From: Polyangia bacterium
Lineage (GTDB): Bacteria > Myxococcota_A > Polyangia > Fen-1088
Direction of reading: 5' to 3'
Length of the DNA stretch: 64,000 nucleotides
NCBI GenBank assembly: GCA_038257535.1
Contig: JBBSJE010000003.1
Location: 1,436-65,435, forward strand
Shown here: piece after piece, positions 8,960-17,275 of the stretch
Layout of the letters: each line of letters starts with the position of its first letter
Position numbering within the stretch: the first letter of the stretch is position 1
Program-made: the position numbers and the translations under genes
Notes under the pieces: model-generated
Database searches by the model: none
What the model saw: only the letters and a program-made list of their open reading frames with translations
Told to the model about the DNA's origin: nothing

Positions 8960-10111
8960 ATGCCCAAGGTCTTCGTTCCCAAAGAAACCCAACCTGGTGA
9001 AACCCGTGTGGCCGCAACGCCCGAAACCGTAAAAGCCTTTGTGAAGGCCGGTTTGGAGGTGGTGGTGCAAGCCGACGCGGGCCGCGCGTCGCATATGCTT
9101 GACCACGCTTATGCAGAAGCGGGGGCCAGGCTCACCAGCGCGCCCGCGGCCGAGTGGGGCCAAGCGGACATGGTTCTCAAAGTTGTTGGCCCCGCGCCGC
9201 ATGAAGTCGCCCAGATGAAGCCCGGAGCCATCTTGGTTTCATTCATCACCCCGCACAAGAATCTGCCTCTGGTCAAGGCGTTGGTGAACCAAAGAATCAG
9301 CACCTTGGCAATGGAGCTGGTGCCGCGCATCACAAGGGCGCAAAAGATGGATGCGTTGTCGTCCCAGGCAAGCATCGCGGGCTACAAAGCCGTTCTGGTG
9401 GGCGCCACCAGGCTGGGCAAATACTTTCCCATGCTGATGACAGCCGCGGGCACGGTGCAGCCTGCGAAGGTGGTGATCATGGGCGCGGGCGTGGCGGGGC
9501 TTCAGGCCATCGCGACCGCAAAGCGTTTGGGCGCCGTCATCTGGGTTTCCGATGTACGACCGGCGGTCAAAGAGCAGGTAGAATCGCTGGGCGGCAAGTT
9601 CATTGATCTGCCGATGGAAGAAAGCGGCGAAGGGCAGGGCGGCTACGCAAAAGAAATGAGCCCAGAGTTCTTGGCCAAACAGCAGGCGATCATTGCCGAA
9701 CACGTGGCCAGCGCCGACGTGGTGATCACCACCGCGCAGATCCCCGGCAAGCCCGCGCCTCGCTTGGTGACCGCGGAGACCGTAAAGAAGATGCGTCCCG
9801 GCTCCGTGATTGTGGACCTTGCGGCCGAGCAGGGGGGCAACTGCGAATTGACCGAAGCCGGTCAAGACGTGCTGAAACATGAAGTGTTGATTGTGGGCAC
9901 CACCAACTGGCCTGCCACCATGCCTTTGGACGCCAGCATGTTGTACGCGCGCAACATTCAGGCGCTGGTGCTGCACATTCTAAAGAAGGGCGAAGCGGGG
10001 CCATCGCTGAACATTGACACCGCCGAAGAGGTTACGCGGGGAACTTTGCTCACCCACGCGGGCGAAGTGCTTCACGGCCCCACGGCCGAAGCGGTTAAGA
10101 CGGGGACGTAA
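8960..10111 (+). CDS. pntAA: NAD(P) transhydrogenase subunit alpha part 1 (soluble dI domain)
   Basis: ORF 8813..10111 trimmed to ATG 8960. MPKVFVPKETQPGETRVAATPETVKAFVKAGLEVVVQADAG matches the PntA N-terminus. It has the Rossmann loop VVIMGAGVAGLQA, is 383 aa long, and has no TM segment. Confidence 0.85.
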   Translation: MPKVFVPKETQPGETRVAATPETVKAFVKAGLEVVVQADAGRASHMLDHAYAEAGARLTSAPAAEWGQADMVLKVVGPAPHEVAQMKPGAILVSFITPHKNLPLVKALVNQRISTLAMELVPRITRAQKMDALSSQASIAGYKAVLVGATRLGKYFPMLMTAAGTVQPAKVVIMGAGVAGLQAIATAKRLGAVIWVSDVRPAVKEQVESLGGKFIDLPMEESGEGQGGYAKEMSPEFLAKQQAIIAEHVASADVVITTAQIPGKPAPRLVTAETVKKMRPGSVIVDLAAEQGGNCELTEAGQDVLKHEVLIVGTTNWPATMPLDASMLYARNIQALVLHILKKGEAGPSLNIDTAEEVTRGTLLTHAGEVLHGPTAEAVKTGT

Positions 10112-10139
10112 CCACATTCTCTGGACGCCTTGACGCAGT

Positions 10140-10168
10140 TTGACGGCATGGCTATGTGCTGTTAAAAT
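10140..10168 (+). promoter_or_regulatory. Sigma-70-type promoter of the vapBC cassette (TTGACG - 17 nt - TAAAAT)
   Basis: -35 ttgacg at 10140-10145, a 17-nt spacer, and -10 taaaat at 10163-10168. The ATG of the antitoxin starts 7 nt after the -10 element, so the mRNA may be leaderless. No Shine-Dalgarno sequence is visible. Confidence 0.5.
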
Positions 10169-10174
10169 GTTGGC

Positions 10175-10444
10175 ATGACGCGTACCCAGATACAGCTTCC
10201 TGATGACACCTTCGCCCGGGCGAAGAAGCTGTGCGAAGCGCGCGAGATCTCGCTCGCCGAACTGGCTAGGCGCGGCATCGAATACATACTGAGCGTCTAT
10301 GCGACTGAATCCGATGCCAATCGCGAATGGCAGCCGCCAACGCCGCGTCGCCTGGGCTGGAAAGGGCTTAGCGACGCGGAGATCAAGGAGCAAGGGCAGT
10401 TAACCACGGTCGAACTGTCCCTGGCCCGCCCGCGTCGGAAGTAA
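10175..10444 (+). CDS. vapB: Type II antitoxin, ribbon-helix-helix (VapB-like)
   Basis: 89 aa. TQIQLPDDTFARAKKLCEAREISLAELARRGIEYIL fits a beta-strand plus two helices. The gene ends 4 nt before the PIN toxin gene. Confidence 0.75.
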   Translation: MTRTQIQLPDDTFARAKKLCEAREISLAELARRGIEYILSVYATESDANREWQPPTPRRLGWKGLSDAEIKEQGQLTTVELSLARPRRK

Positions 10445-10448
10445 CCCT

Positions 10449-10892
10449 ATGCTTTCGATCGACACCAACATCCTTCTGCACGCCTTCAACGAAGATTCGC
10501 CCCGCCACGCTTCTGCGTACGCCTGGCTAACGTCGATCCAGCGCGAGGAAGAGGTGGCCATCTCCGAGTTCATCCTCGCCGAACTTTACGGCCTGCTCCG
10601 CAACCCCGTCGTGCTCACACACCCACTGTCCTCCGATGAGGCCGTCGAGGTCATCCAATCTTATCGCACGCACCCGCGTTGGCGACTGATCGGCTTTCCC
10701 ACCGAGAGCCGACCCCTGCACGACACTCTTTGGCAGAAGGCTCGCTCCACCGCTTTTGCCTTCCGAAGACTTTACGATGTCCGCAGTGCCCTCACGATGA
10801 CCGCTCAGGGCGTAACTGAGTTTGCGACCGCGAACGTAAAGGACTTTCAGGGCATGGGCTTCAAAAAACTGTGGAACCCGATAGCCAGGTAA
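10449..10892 (+). CDS. vapC: PIN-domain ribonuclease toxin VapC
   Basis: 147 aa. It has MLSIDTNILL (first acidic residue), ILAELYG, LYDVRSA and TANVKDF, in the usual PIN acidic-residue spacing. Confidence 0.85.
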   Translation: MLSIDTNILLHAFNEDSPRHASAYAWLTSIQREEEVAISEFILAELYGLLRNPVVLTHPLSSDEAVEVIQSYRTHPRWRLIGFPTESRPLHDTLWQKARSTAFAFRRLYDVRSALTMTAQGVTEFATANVKDFQGMGFKKLWNPIAR

Positions 10893-10936
10893 AGAGTTGG
10901 CGCTTACGAGTACGCGATGCGACTCCCAATCAGCGA

Positions 10937-11713
10937 CTAAGTTGGTGTAAGCGGTAGCGATTGCGCGCGGCGAATGTAATTGGCCGCGCGCTCTGCGGCT
11001 TCCGCCGACCACGACCGGAACCGAAGGTGCACGGTGAGCGGGTCGTGGGCGTCTCGAACAAATTGCACCTCGGCGCGCCGGTCCCGGTAACCGCACCAAT
11101 GCGCCGCCCAGCGCAAGCGCGCCAACTCGTGCTCGTTTTTCACTGTCACCGAAAGTTCCACCGCCACCGTTTTGTCGGGTGTTGCGATGGAAAATGGTTG
11201 ATCGTGCAGGGCGGAGATCGGCACATGCAGCCTGTCTCCGTTGTCCAATCGAAGCACCAAGTGAAACAATCCGAAGGATTCCACCACACCTTGGCCTTGG
11301 GCAATCGTTAGGCGATTTGCGGTTTTTAAGTGGCCCCGCAAAATGGTCCATGCGCCACCCAACCAAGCGCGCGAGCGGAAGCCTACCGCCACCAAAGCCC
11401 CAGCCACAAGGGCGCCCAACAATACGGTTACCAGCAGGGGCGCGGCGCTGTAGGCAAACAGCACTAACAAACTTAGCGCGAACCACGCCCCGAACAAACG
11501 CATGCCGAACGCCGCTTGTGCGCCCAGTGCCATGCCCGTGCGGCTGCGGCCGCGCCCCAGCAGCCGAGATGCGAACATCACCAGCAGCAAGGCCAAACCC
11601 AAAAGCACGAAGAGGGCCGTGGCGCCTTGCACGAAGAACGCGCCCAGTCCTTCGATCTGCGCCCTCAAAGTGTTTTCAATTTGTGTTCCCCACTCTTCAT
11701 TTTTGGCGCTCAT
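10937..11713 (-). CDS. Small MscS-like mechanosensitive-channel-fold protein
   Basis: 258 aa with three or four N-terminal hydrophobic helices. The segment GHLKTANRLTIAQGQGVVESFGLFHLVLRLDNGDRLHVPISAL resembles the MscS beta-domain (G..V..I....T.lrt.dg....iPN). Its start overlaps the upstream stop by 4 nt (ATGA). Confidence 0.6.
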   Translation of the reverse strand: MSAKNEEWGTQIENTLRAQIEGLGAFFVQGATALFVLLGLALLLVMFASRLLGRGRSRTGMALGAQAAFGMRLFGAWFALSLLVLFAYSAAPLLVTVLLGALVAGALVAVGFRSRAWLGGAWTILRGHLKTANRLTIAQGQGVVESFGLFHLVLRLDNGDRLHVPISALHDQPFSIATPDKTVAVELSVTVKNEHELARLRWAAHWCGYRDRRAEVQFVRDAHDPLTVHLRFRSWSAEAAERAANYIRRAQSLPLTPT

Positions 11714-14700
11714 GGTCGGGTCTCCGGGGTCAGAATGCCCAGCTCCTCAAGCCCTCGTTGCAAGGGGCCATCAAGGTGAGGGGGAACGAATAAGGTTTGT
11801 CCATGCTCCCCGGCGCGCACGATGCTGGCATCGCGCAAAGGCAGCACGAAACGCGCGGCCGTCACTTCATCTACCAACATAAGCGAGGCCAATTCCGTCA
11901 GCGATAGGGGGCCGTAAGCGATGAAGAACCCCAGGCAGGCCATGGCGTCGGTTCCCAGACGAGCCAGAAAGGGCAGCGCGGCCCGTGTATCGCTGCGAAC
12001 CAGGAATCGATCCTCGCCCAACGCTTTGAGGCTGCGCAGGTGTGTGAGCAAGGCGTGCCTCAGGTTGCCCCGCGTAGCTTGCGCCAACGCGCGGTAATAG
12101 CCATCGCGCGCGCGCTTTTCCACAGCGCGGCGGCTGCCGTCGGGGGCGTACGACAATTTCACCCCCGCCAGCCGTGCCCGCGTTTCAATGCACAACCGCA
12201 GGTCATCGGCGCCCAAAGGCGACAAATCCAGCTGGCGGCCAAACACCTGCGAGAGCGACAACGTCTCTTGAAACAAATTGTAGGCGGTGCGTCCCACCGA
12301 AACGATCCATCGCGCTTCAGGCGAAGACTGAACCATCAATTCCATGAACCTTTGCAGCGAGGCCAACCCTTGTTCATTGGGAAGCACGTAGTGCTGCAAA
12401 TCATCAATGAGAACCACCGCGCGTCGTCGCTTGACGGTGTCCAAGATGCTGGCGAAGTCATCCGCGCAACCAAGCTCTGCAGCGATGGCCTCGAGCAATC
12501 CCTCGCTGCGATGGTGAAAGCGTGGGTCTAGCCTAACAACTTGAAACCGCGCGAGGCGTAGTTCCACGATGTTGATGACCGAGCTGCGTCCGGCGCCACG
12601 CGCGCCGGTGATCAACACATTGGTGAAGCTATCTAGGCGGCCCTTTTGAAGATGCGAGATGAGATCTTCCAAAGCGCCGCGCCGTGCGGTCACCAAGCGA
12701 ATGTCGTCGATGGGATCGGGGCTAAACCCATTGCGGCAGCTTGTGGGCAAAGATAGCGTTTCAGACTCTTTGAAGTTGGCAAGCAGGATGCGCCGAATGC
12801 CGCTAGGGTCCATGTTGTCGGAGCGGGCTTCAAACAGCCAACCAGGAACATTCTTTCGGCGCGCCAACCGCATGGTGGCTGACAGCAGCATGCGCAGCCA
12901 GTGTTGCCCGCGGCTGAGGATGGACATAAACGCACGTCGCGCGGCTTGCTGCGTTTGCCCCATCGAAGCGCGCAGCCTGTCTTTCGCACCTGCCTGCGAG
13001 GTCAAAAGCGTGTCCAGGGTGGACAGCGTTTCTGTTGACGCTTCATTAAGGCGGCCGCGCGCCTGCTCCAACGACTTCGCTACCTCGTCCAAGATGATTT
13101 GGATCTGATCGTGCGCCCGCCCGAGTACCTCTGGGATCGTGGTCTTGAGCTCATCGGAGGCTTCGTCCCCGCTGCGTTCAAGCGCGCGCATGCCAAACGC
13201 GGCGATGGCCAACGCGGCCTCCACACGCTCGTCAATGTCGGCCATGTGTTCTGACAAGGGGCCCAGCGCCTCGGCAAAACGCGGCACAAAGCGATCGATG
13301 AGCGCCTCTTGAAGCGCGTCGGCCAAGTCCAGGGTGTCGGTGCGCAAATCAGCGAGATCGGCGTCAATCCGAAACATCGTGGTGTCGCGTGCCGGATGCA
13401 GTTCCTTGGGCACCGTCTCCACAATCTTTGAGCAATCGGTCAACAGTTCGGAAAACTGCGTGGCGTGGCGGTACTTTGCTTTCAGGCCAGTGAGTCGGTT
13501 GCGCTCGCGCTTGGTCAGGATCTCTTCAAAGCGACGGGTGTAGGTTTGGCCCACTTTGCCACTGAGCTGTGCGTTGGTGTCTTCGCGCAGTTCGGCCAGT
13601 GGCTGCAGTACCCCCTGAATCAAAGGGGCGATTTCATTCTCAACCAACGCCAAGGGGGCCCAACATCGGCGTTCCACAGCAGAGCGGAACTGTGAGCCCG
13701 CAGCGTCGAGCGCAGCCGTGGCCTTGAGGCCATCCATGGCCGCCGCCACCAATCGTTGCCATCGCGGCAGCCTCTGATTGCGCCGTTTGCGGGCCGCTTC
13801 AATCGCAGGCAGCACTTCCGACAAGCGCACTTCCGAGGCCGGGTGGCCCGGCCCCCCCAACCGATCAAGCCACAATGCGCCTGTTTGCATGCCTTGGTTC
13901 AAAGCGTCGTCGATCCGCGCTTTGGTTTGCGAAGCCCATCTTGCTTCGTGGCGATCCAAGCGCAGCCGACATTCTTCGGCGTCGATGAGTCCTTTCGCCA
14001 ACAGGGTCAAGGGCTCGGTCAATCCCAGCTCGTACAAGAACAAGCTTTCCCCTAGCAATGAAACCGCATCGACCATCGGCTTTTCAAATGCAAGCCGCAT
14101 CGTCAACCGGATGGGAACATTGCGGCGGCGGGGGTAGAGCCGTACCATGCTCAGGGCCTTGGTGAAAAGCTTCACGGCCTTGACTTCCAAAAAATCGTCG
14201 TTAGCCGCCCGGAAGTTTTCGGGCGTCAGGCGAACCTGCAAGCGTTCGGGGAAGCTCTCCAAGGTTGCAATCAAAGTGCGCTCGAGCGCATCAAGCGAAG
14301 GCGCCAGGGTCTGCGCGTTGGTGAGCCCTTCAACATTGAGGAGCCGCAGCATGGTTTGAGAGGCACGTTCATCGCCTTCACGGTCAGATGAGGCGCGAAG
14401 GGCGCCTAGCTTGCTGGCCGCACAGCGCTCCTCAATGGTGCTCTCCCAGAACGTTTCGATCTGCGCCTTCAACTCGTCGCCCGCCGACACCAAGGCCAGC
14501 TCCAACGCCGGATCGTTGGGAAGCGTGAGGGTGGGTTTGGGCTGAGGCTCTTCGTTTGGGACAGGGTCTGCGCTCGTGAGCGCGTCGGTAACAGCAGGGG
14601 CAACGGATGCGGTGGGCGCTGGCTCCGGTTGTGGCTTCGTAAGCGCGCGCGCCACATCCCCTGCGCGGCGCAAGGCGATTCCTAGCGTGACGGGGCCGAT

Positions 14701-15930
14701 CAAGAGGTTGATCGAGACCACCGCCAGCCCCATGCTCATGATGGCGTTCGACAGTTCAGGCAGTTGTCGCGCTGTAAGCAGCACCAACCCCAGCGTGACA
14801 CCGGCTTGCGGAATGTATGCCAGCCACGCGTTGTCGCGAACGGCGGGGCGTTCACCGCCCGCGCGCGTGCCCACGGCACTGGCGATGTAAAAGGTGATGG
14901 CGCGAGCGCCCGCCATGGCCGCCGCCAACGGCAATAGTTTCAACGTGCCCTGCAAATCCACGCCAGCTCCAGCGGTGGTAAAGAACACCACGAAAACCGG
15001 CAGCGACACGCGCGTCAGCGGTGTGAGCAGGGTGTGCTCAAACTTAGAGAAATTGCGCACCACAAATCCGGCGGCGATCAACACCAAAAGCAGTTCAAGG
15101 TGCAGCGCATCCGAGGCTTCTGCCGTTAGCAACACCAATGCCACCAAGGCCAACAACATCTCTTTGCCGAAAAAGCGCACGTACAGGATCAGGAAGAATC
15201 CTAAGCCCGAACCAAACAAGATGGAGCCACCCAGCTCCTTGGCCACGTGCACAAGCGCGCCGCTGTTGAAGTGGGAATCTGAACTAACAAAACTGCGACC
15301 CACGGCGATGGCCACAGCCAAAGAAACCACAACCACCAGATCTTTGACCACCGCCATGGCAAGCGTGAGATCCGCCATGCGTCCTTTGGCCTTGGAATCG
15401 TTGATCACGGCAAGCGACACCGAGGGGGAGGTGCCGATGGCCAACACGGCGAAGATCAATGCCAGGGCCACGACGGCACCCTTGGTCGGCAGCCCCAGAA
15501 GCGGATGGTAGGTTTCGATCAACCAGAACGCGCCGCCCACTGACAGCATCAGCATGGGGACCTTGACAGCAACGGTCACCATCAGGGTCCGAAAAACCTT
15601 TTGGGTGGCTTTCACATCAAGCTCGAGACCGGCCGTTAGAGCGATGAGCCCCAGCGCCAACGTGTTGAACACACGCATGTCGCTGACGATGCGATGGGAA
15701 AGAATGTTCGACAGCTGTGGCCCGAACACCACACCGCTAAGGATGTATCCCGTAATTTTCGGAATCGAAAGTGTGGCCACCAATTCACCCACGGTGAACG
15801 ACGCCAAAACCACGAACCCAATGGCCGCCAAAGTCAACGGACTGTCAGATTCAAGGTCGATCTCATTCAAGAATAGCTTCAGCCCTATCATCACCCCCAA
15901 GAGCGTGGCGAGGACCAGCAGCCGCCTCAT
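11710..15930 (-). CDS. 1406-aa fusion: CPA2-type cation/proton antiporter domain, long helical region, and C-terminal P-loop NTPase (AAA/ORC-like) with an atypical Walker A
   Basis: The single long ORF has ATGA overlaps at both ends. N-terminal motifs are IPKITGYILSGVVFGPQ, GTSPSVSLAVINDSKAKG, PVFVVFFTTAGAGVD and IPQAGVTLGL. A Pro-rich linker lies at about 14515-14645. Walker A reads ITGARGAGRSS (12583-12606) and Walker B reads VVLIDDLQ (12394-12417). Confidence 0.85.
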   Translation of the reverse strand: MRRLLVLATLLGVMIGLKLFLNEIDLESDSPLTLAAIGFVVLASFTVGELVATLSIPKITGYILSGVVFGPQLSNILSHRIVSDMRVFNTLALGLIALTAGLELDVKATQKVFRTLMVTVAVKVPMLMLSVGGAFWLIETYHPLLGLPTKGAVVALALIFAVLAIGTSPSVSLAVINDSKAKGRMADLTLAMAVVKDLVVVVSLAVAIAVGRSFVSSDSHFNSGALVHVAKELGGSILFGSGLGFFLILYVRFFGKEMLLALVALVLLTAEASDALHLELLLVLIAAGFVVRNFSKFEHTLLTPLTRVSLPVFVVFFTTAGAGVDLQGTLKLLPLAAAMAGARAITFYIASAVGTRAGGERPAVRDNAWLAYIPQAGVTLGLVLLTARQLPELSNAIMSMGLAVVSINLLIGPVTLGIALRRAGDVARALTKPQPEPAPTASVAPAVTDALTSADPVPNEEPQPKPTLTLPNDPALELALVSAGDELKAQIETFWESTIEERCAASKLGALRASSDREGDERASQTMLRLLNVEGLTNAQTLAPSLDALERTLIATLESFPERLQVRLTPENFRAANDDFLEVKAVKLFTKALSMVRLYPRRRNVPIRLTMRLAFEKPMVDAVSLLGESLFLYELGLTEPLTLLAKGLIDAEECRLRLDRHEARWASQTKARIDDALNQGMQTGALWLDRLGGPGHPASEVRLSEVLPAIEAARKRRNQRLPRWQRLVAAAMDGLKATAALDAAGSQFRSAVERRCWAPLALVENEIAPLIQGVLQPLAELREDTNAQLSGKVGQTYTRRFEEILTKRERNRLTGLKAKYRHATQFSELLTDCSKIVETVPKELHPARDTTMFRIDADLADLRTDTLDLADALQEALIDRFVPRFAEALGPLSEHMADIDERVEAALAIAAFGMRALERSGDEASDELKTTIPEVLGRAHDQIQIILDEVAKSLEQARGRLNEASTETLSTLDTLLTSQAGAKDRLRASMGQTQQAARRAFMSILSRGQHWLRMLLSATMRLARRKNVPGWLFEARSDNMDPSGIRRILLANFKESETLSLPTSCRNGFSPDPIDDIRLVTARRGALEDLISHLQKGRLDSFTNVLITGARGAGRSSVINIVELRLARFQVVRLDPRFHHRSEGLLEAIAAELGCADDFASILDTVKRRRAVVLIDDLQHYVLPNEQGLASLQRFMELMVQSSPEARWIVSVGRTAYNLFQETLSLSQVFGRQLDLSPLGADDLRLCIETRARLAGVKLSYAPDGSRRAVEKRARDGYYRALAQATRGNLRHALLTHLRSLKALGEDRFLVRSDTRAALPFLARLGTDAMACLGFFIAYGPLSLTELASLMLVDEVTAARFVLPLRDASIVRAGEHGQTLFVPPHLDGPLQRGLEELGILTPETRP

Positions 15931-17150
15931 GACACCACCTCTGGGGCTTGCGCGATGGGAGCCACAACGTCACGCTGGTGTTCACCGGCATCCACCAGCA
16001 CACGGCGAATGGCCGAGGATCCGATGACATCGCTGACCACCACGCCTATCACGGTGATGCAAAGGACCACGCGCCCCTCAGGCTCCGAGACCTGATCATG
16101 GTTGATGGCAATGGCCACAGCCAATCCGCCTTGCCGCAGCAGCGCGTTGCCCACGCGTGGCACACGCGGCAAGCCGGGCAGCAGCCAGCACGTCACTCCT
16201 GTGATCAAGCGCAGAACGCAAAAGCGAATGGCAAGATAAGCCGGGGCCACCAACCATAGCCACGAATGGATTGGCATCCATAAGACGCCCGCAAAGATCA
16301 TTAGCAGCACAATGGCGGGGCGTTCCAAGCGCTCAAGATGCGCATACAGCGCTTCTGCGTCTTTCGACAGCAAAGACACAACCACGCCCGCAAGCATGTT
16401 GATCAGCAGTGGCGACACATCGGCTGCCAAAGCCAACCCGCTTGCAAAGGTAATCACGCCCACCGTGGCCAAAAACAGGCGATCGTCGCTTTCCTGTTTG
16501 CGACGACCCATAAACATGGCGAACAGCAGCCCCGAGGCGATGCCCAAGCCAACCAACGCGGCCAACCACGTGGTTCCCGAAAGCCCGAAACGATCGGAGG
16601 CTTGGCTGGACCTTCTCCAGGCCAAGGCGGTTCCCGCGGCCGCCACCGCCACCACCGAAAGCGCCAGCGAAAGGCTGCGCACGAGTTCAGTGACCACACC
16701 GCGGGCGCGAACCGATTGCAAGGTGCTTTCCACGCCGGGCAGCGATGTGGCCGCGGCCGCGCATGCCAAGGAAATGGCCACCCATAGCGGCTGCCCGGGC
16801 ACCCAGCGCGTAAGGTAGAGCAGCAGCGCGAAGAAACTTGCCGCCATCGCCGCCAACGAAAACAAGGCGGCTGTGGCGCCCGCTTCGAGCGCATGTGCGG
16901 TGGCGAGCCGGCGTCGCAGCGCGAGCCCCAGCATGAAACCCACCATCCCCAACAGAAGCGAGATCACGGGCCCCAGCGATTGCAGCGTGTTGTCGCCCAG
17001 CAAACCGGCGCCCCAGGGGCCCAGCAAGGCGCCGATCACAATGTATTGCGCATCAGGCACAAAACCCAATCGCGCGGTGTAGCGCCGTACCAAGCCACTG
17101 ACGACCACAGCGAATGTGACCACCAGCACAAGCGTTATCGTTGTGGACAT
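15927..17150 (-). CDS. CPA2-like (Na+/H+ exchanger fold) membrane protein without an RCK/KTN domain
   Basis: ORF 15927..17306 trimmed to ATG 17150 (MSTTITLVLVV); 17306 remains an alternative start. LGFVPDAQYIVIGALLGPWGAGLL and LERPAIVLLMIFAGVLW resemble the CPA2 TM1 and TM-core motifs. There are about 11-12 hydrophobic segments. Confidence 0.65.
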   Translation of the reverse strand: MSTTITLVLVVTFAVVVSGLVRRYTARLGFVPDAQYIVIGALLGPWGAGLLGDNTLQSLGPVISLLLGMVGFMLGLALRRRLATAHALEAGATAALFSLAAMAASFFALLLYLTRWVPGQPLWVAISLACAAAATSLPGVESTLQSVRARGVVTELVRSLSLALSVVAVAAAGTALAWRRSSQASDRFGLSGTTWLAALVGLGIASGLLFAMFMGRRKQESDDRLFLATVGVITFASGLALAADVSPLLINMLAGVVVSLLSKDAEALYAHLERLERPAIVLLMIFAGVLWMPIHSWLWLVAPAYLAIRFCVLRLITGVTCWLLPGLPRVPRVGNALLRQGGLAVAIAINHDQVSEPEGRVVLCITVIGVVVSDVIGSSAIRRVLVDAGEHQRDVVAPIAQAPEVVS

Positions 17151-17275
17151 AGTTAAGACCGCGAGTCGTTCGTGACTTTCTCTTATCGCATAGCACTCGC
17201 ATTTGGGCGAGGGGGGCGGCAGAGAAGTCGCATTTCTACAGCCCTTTTTCTCGGGCCCCACCTGCAGAGCTGTGT

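Noticed and set aside
9239-9976. 245-aa ORF antisense to pntAA. Similar long antisense ORFs are 18014..18832 (cyclase), 59936..60631 (dapB), 62522..63367 (ribF) and 54256..54933 (nucleotidyltransferase).
   Set aside because: All are embedded opposite genes with unambiguous conserved motifs and show His/Arg/Gly-rich junk composition. This is the classic high-GC antisense ORF artefact.
10527-11486. 319-aa minus-strand ORF spanning the vapC 3' half, the intergenic gap and the MscS-like gene in another frame
   Set aside because: It is an Arg/Gly/Pro-rich shadow ORF that conflicts with two genes carrying clear family motifs.
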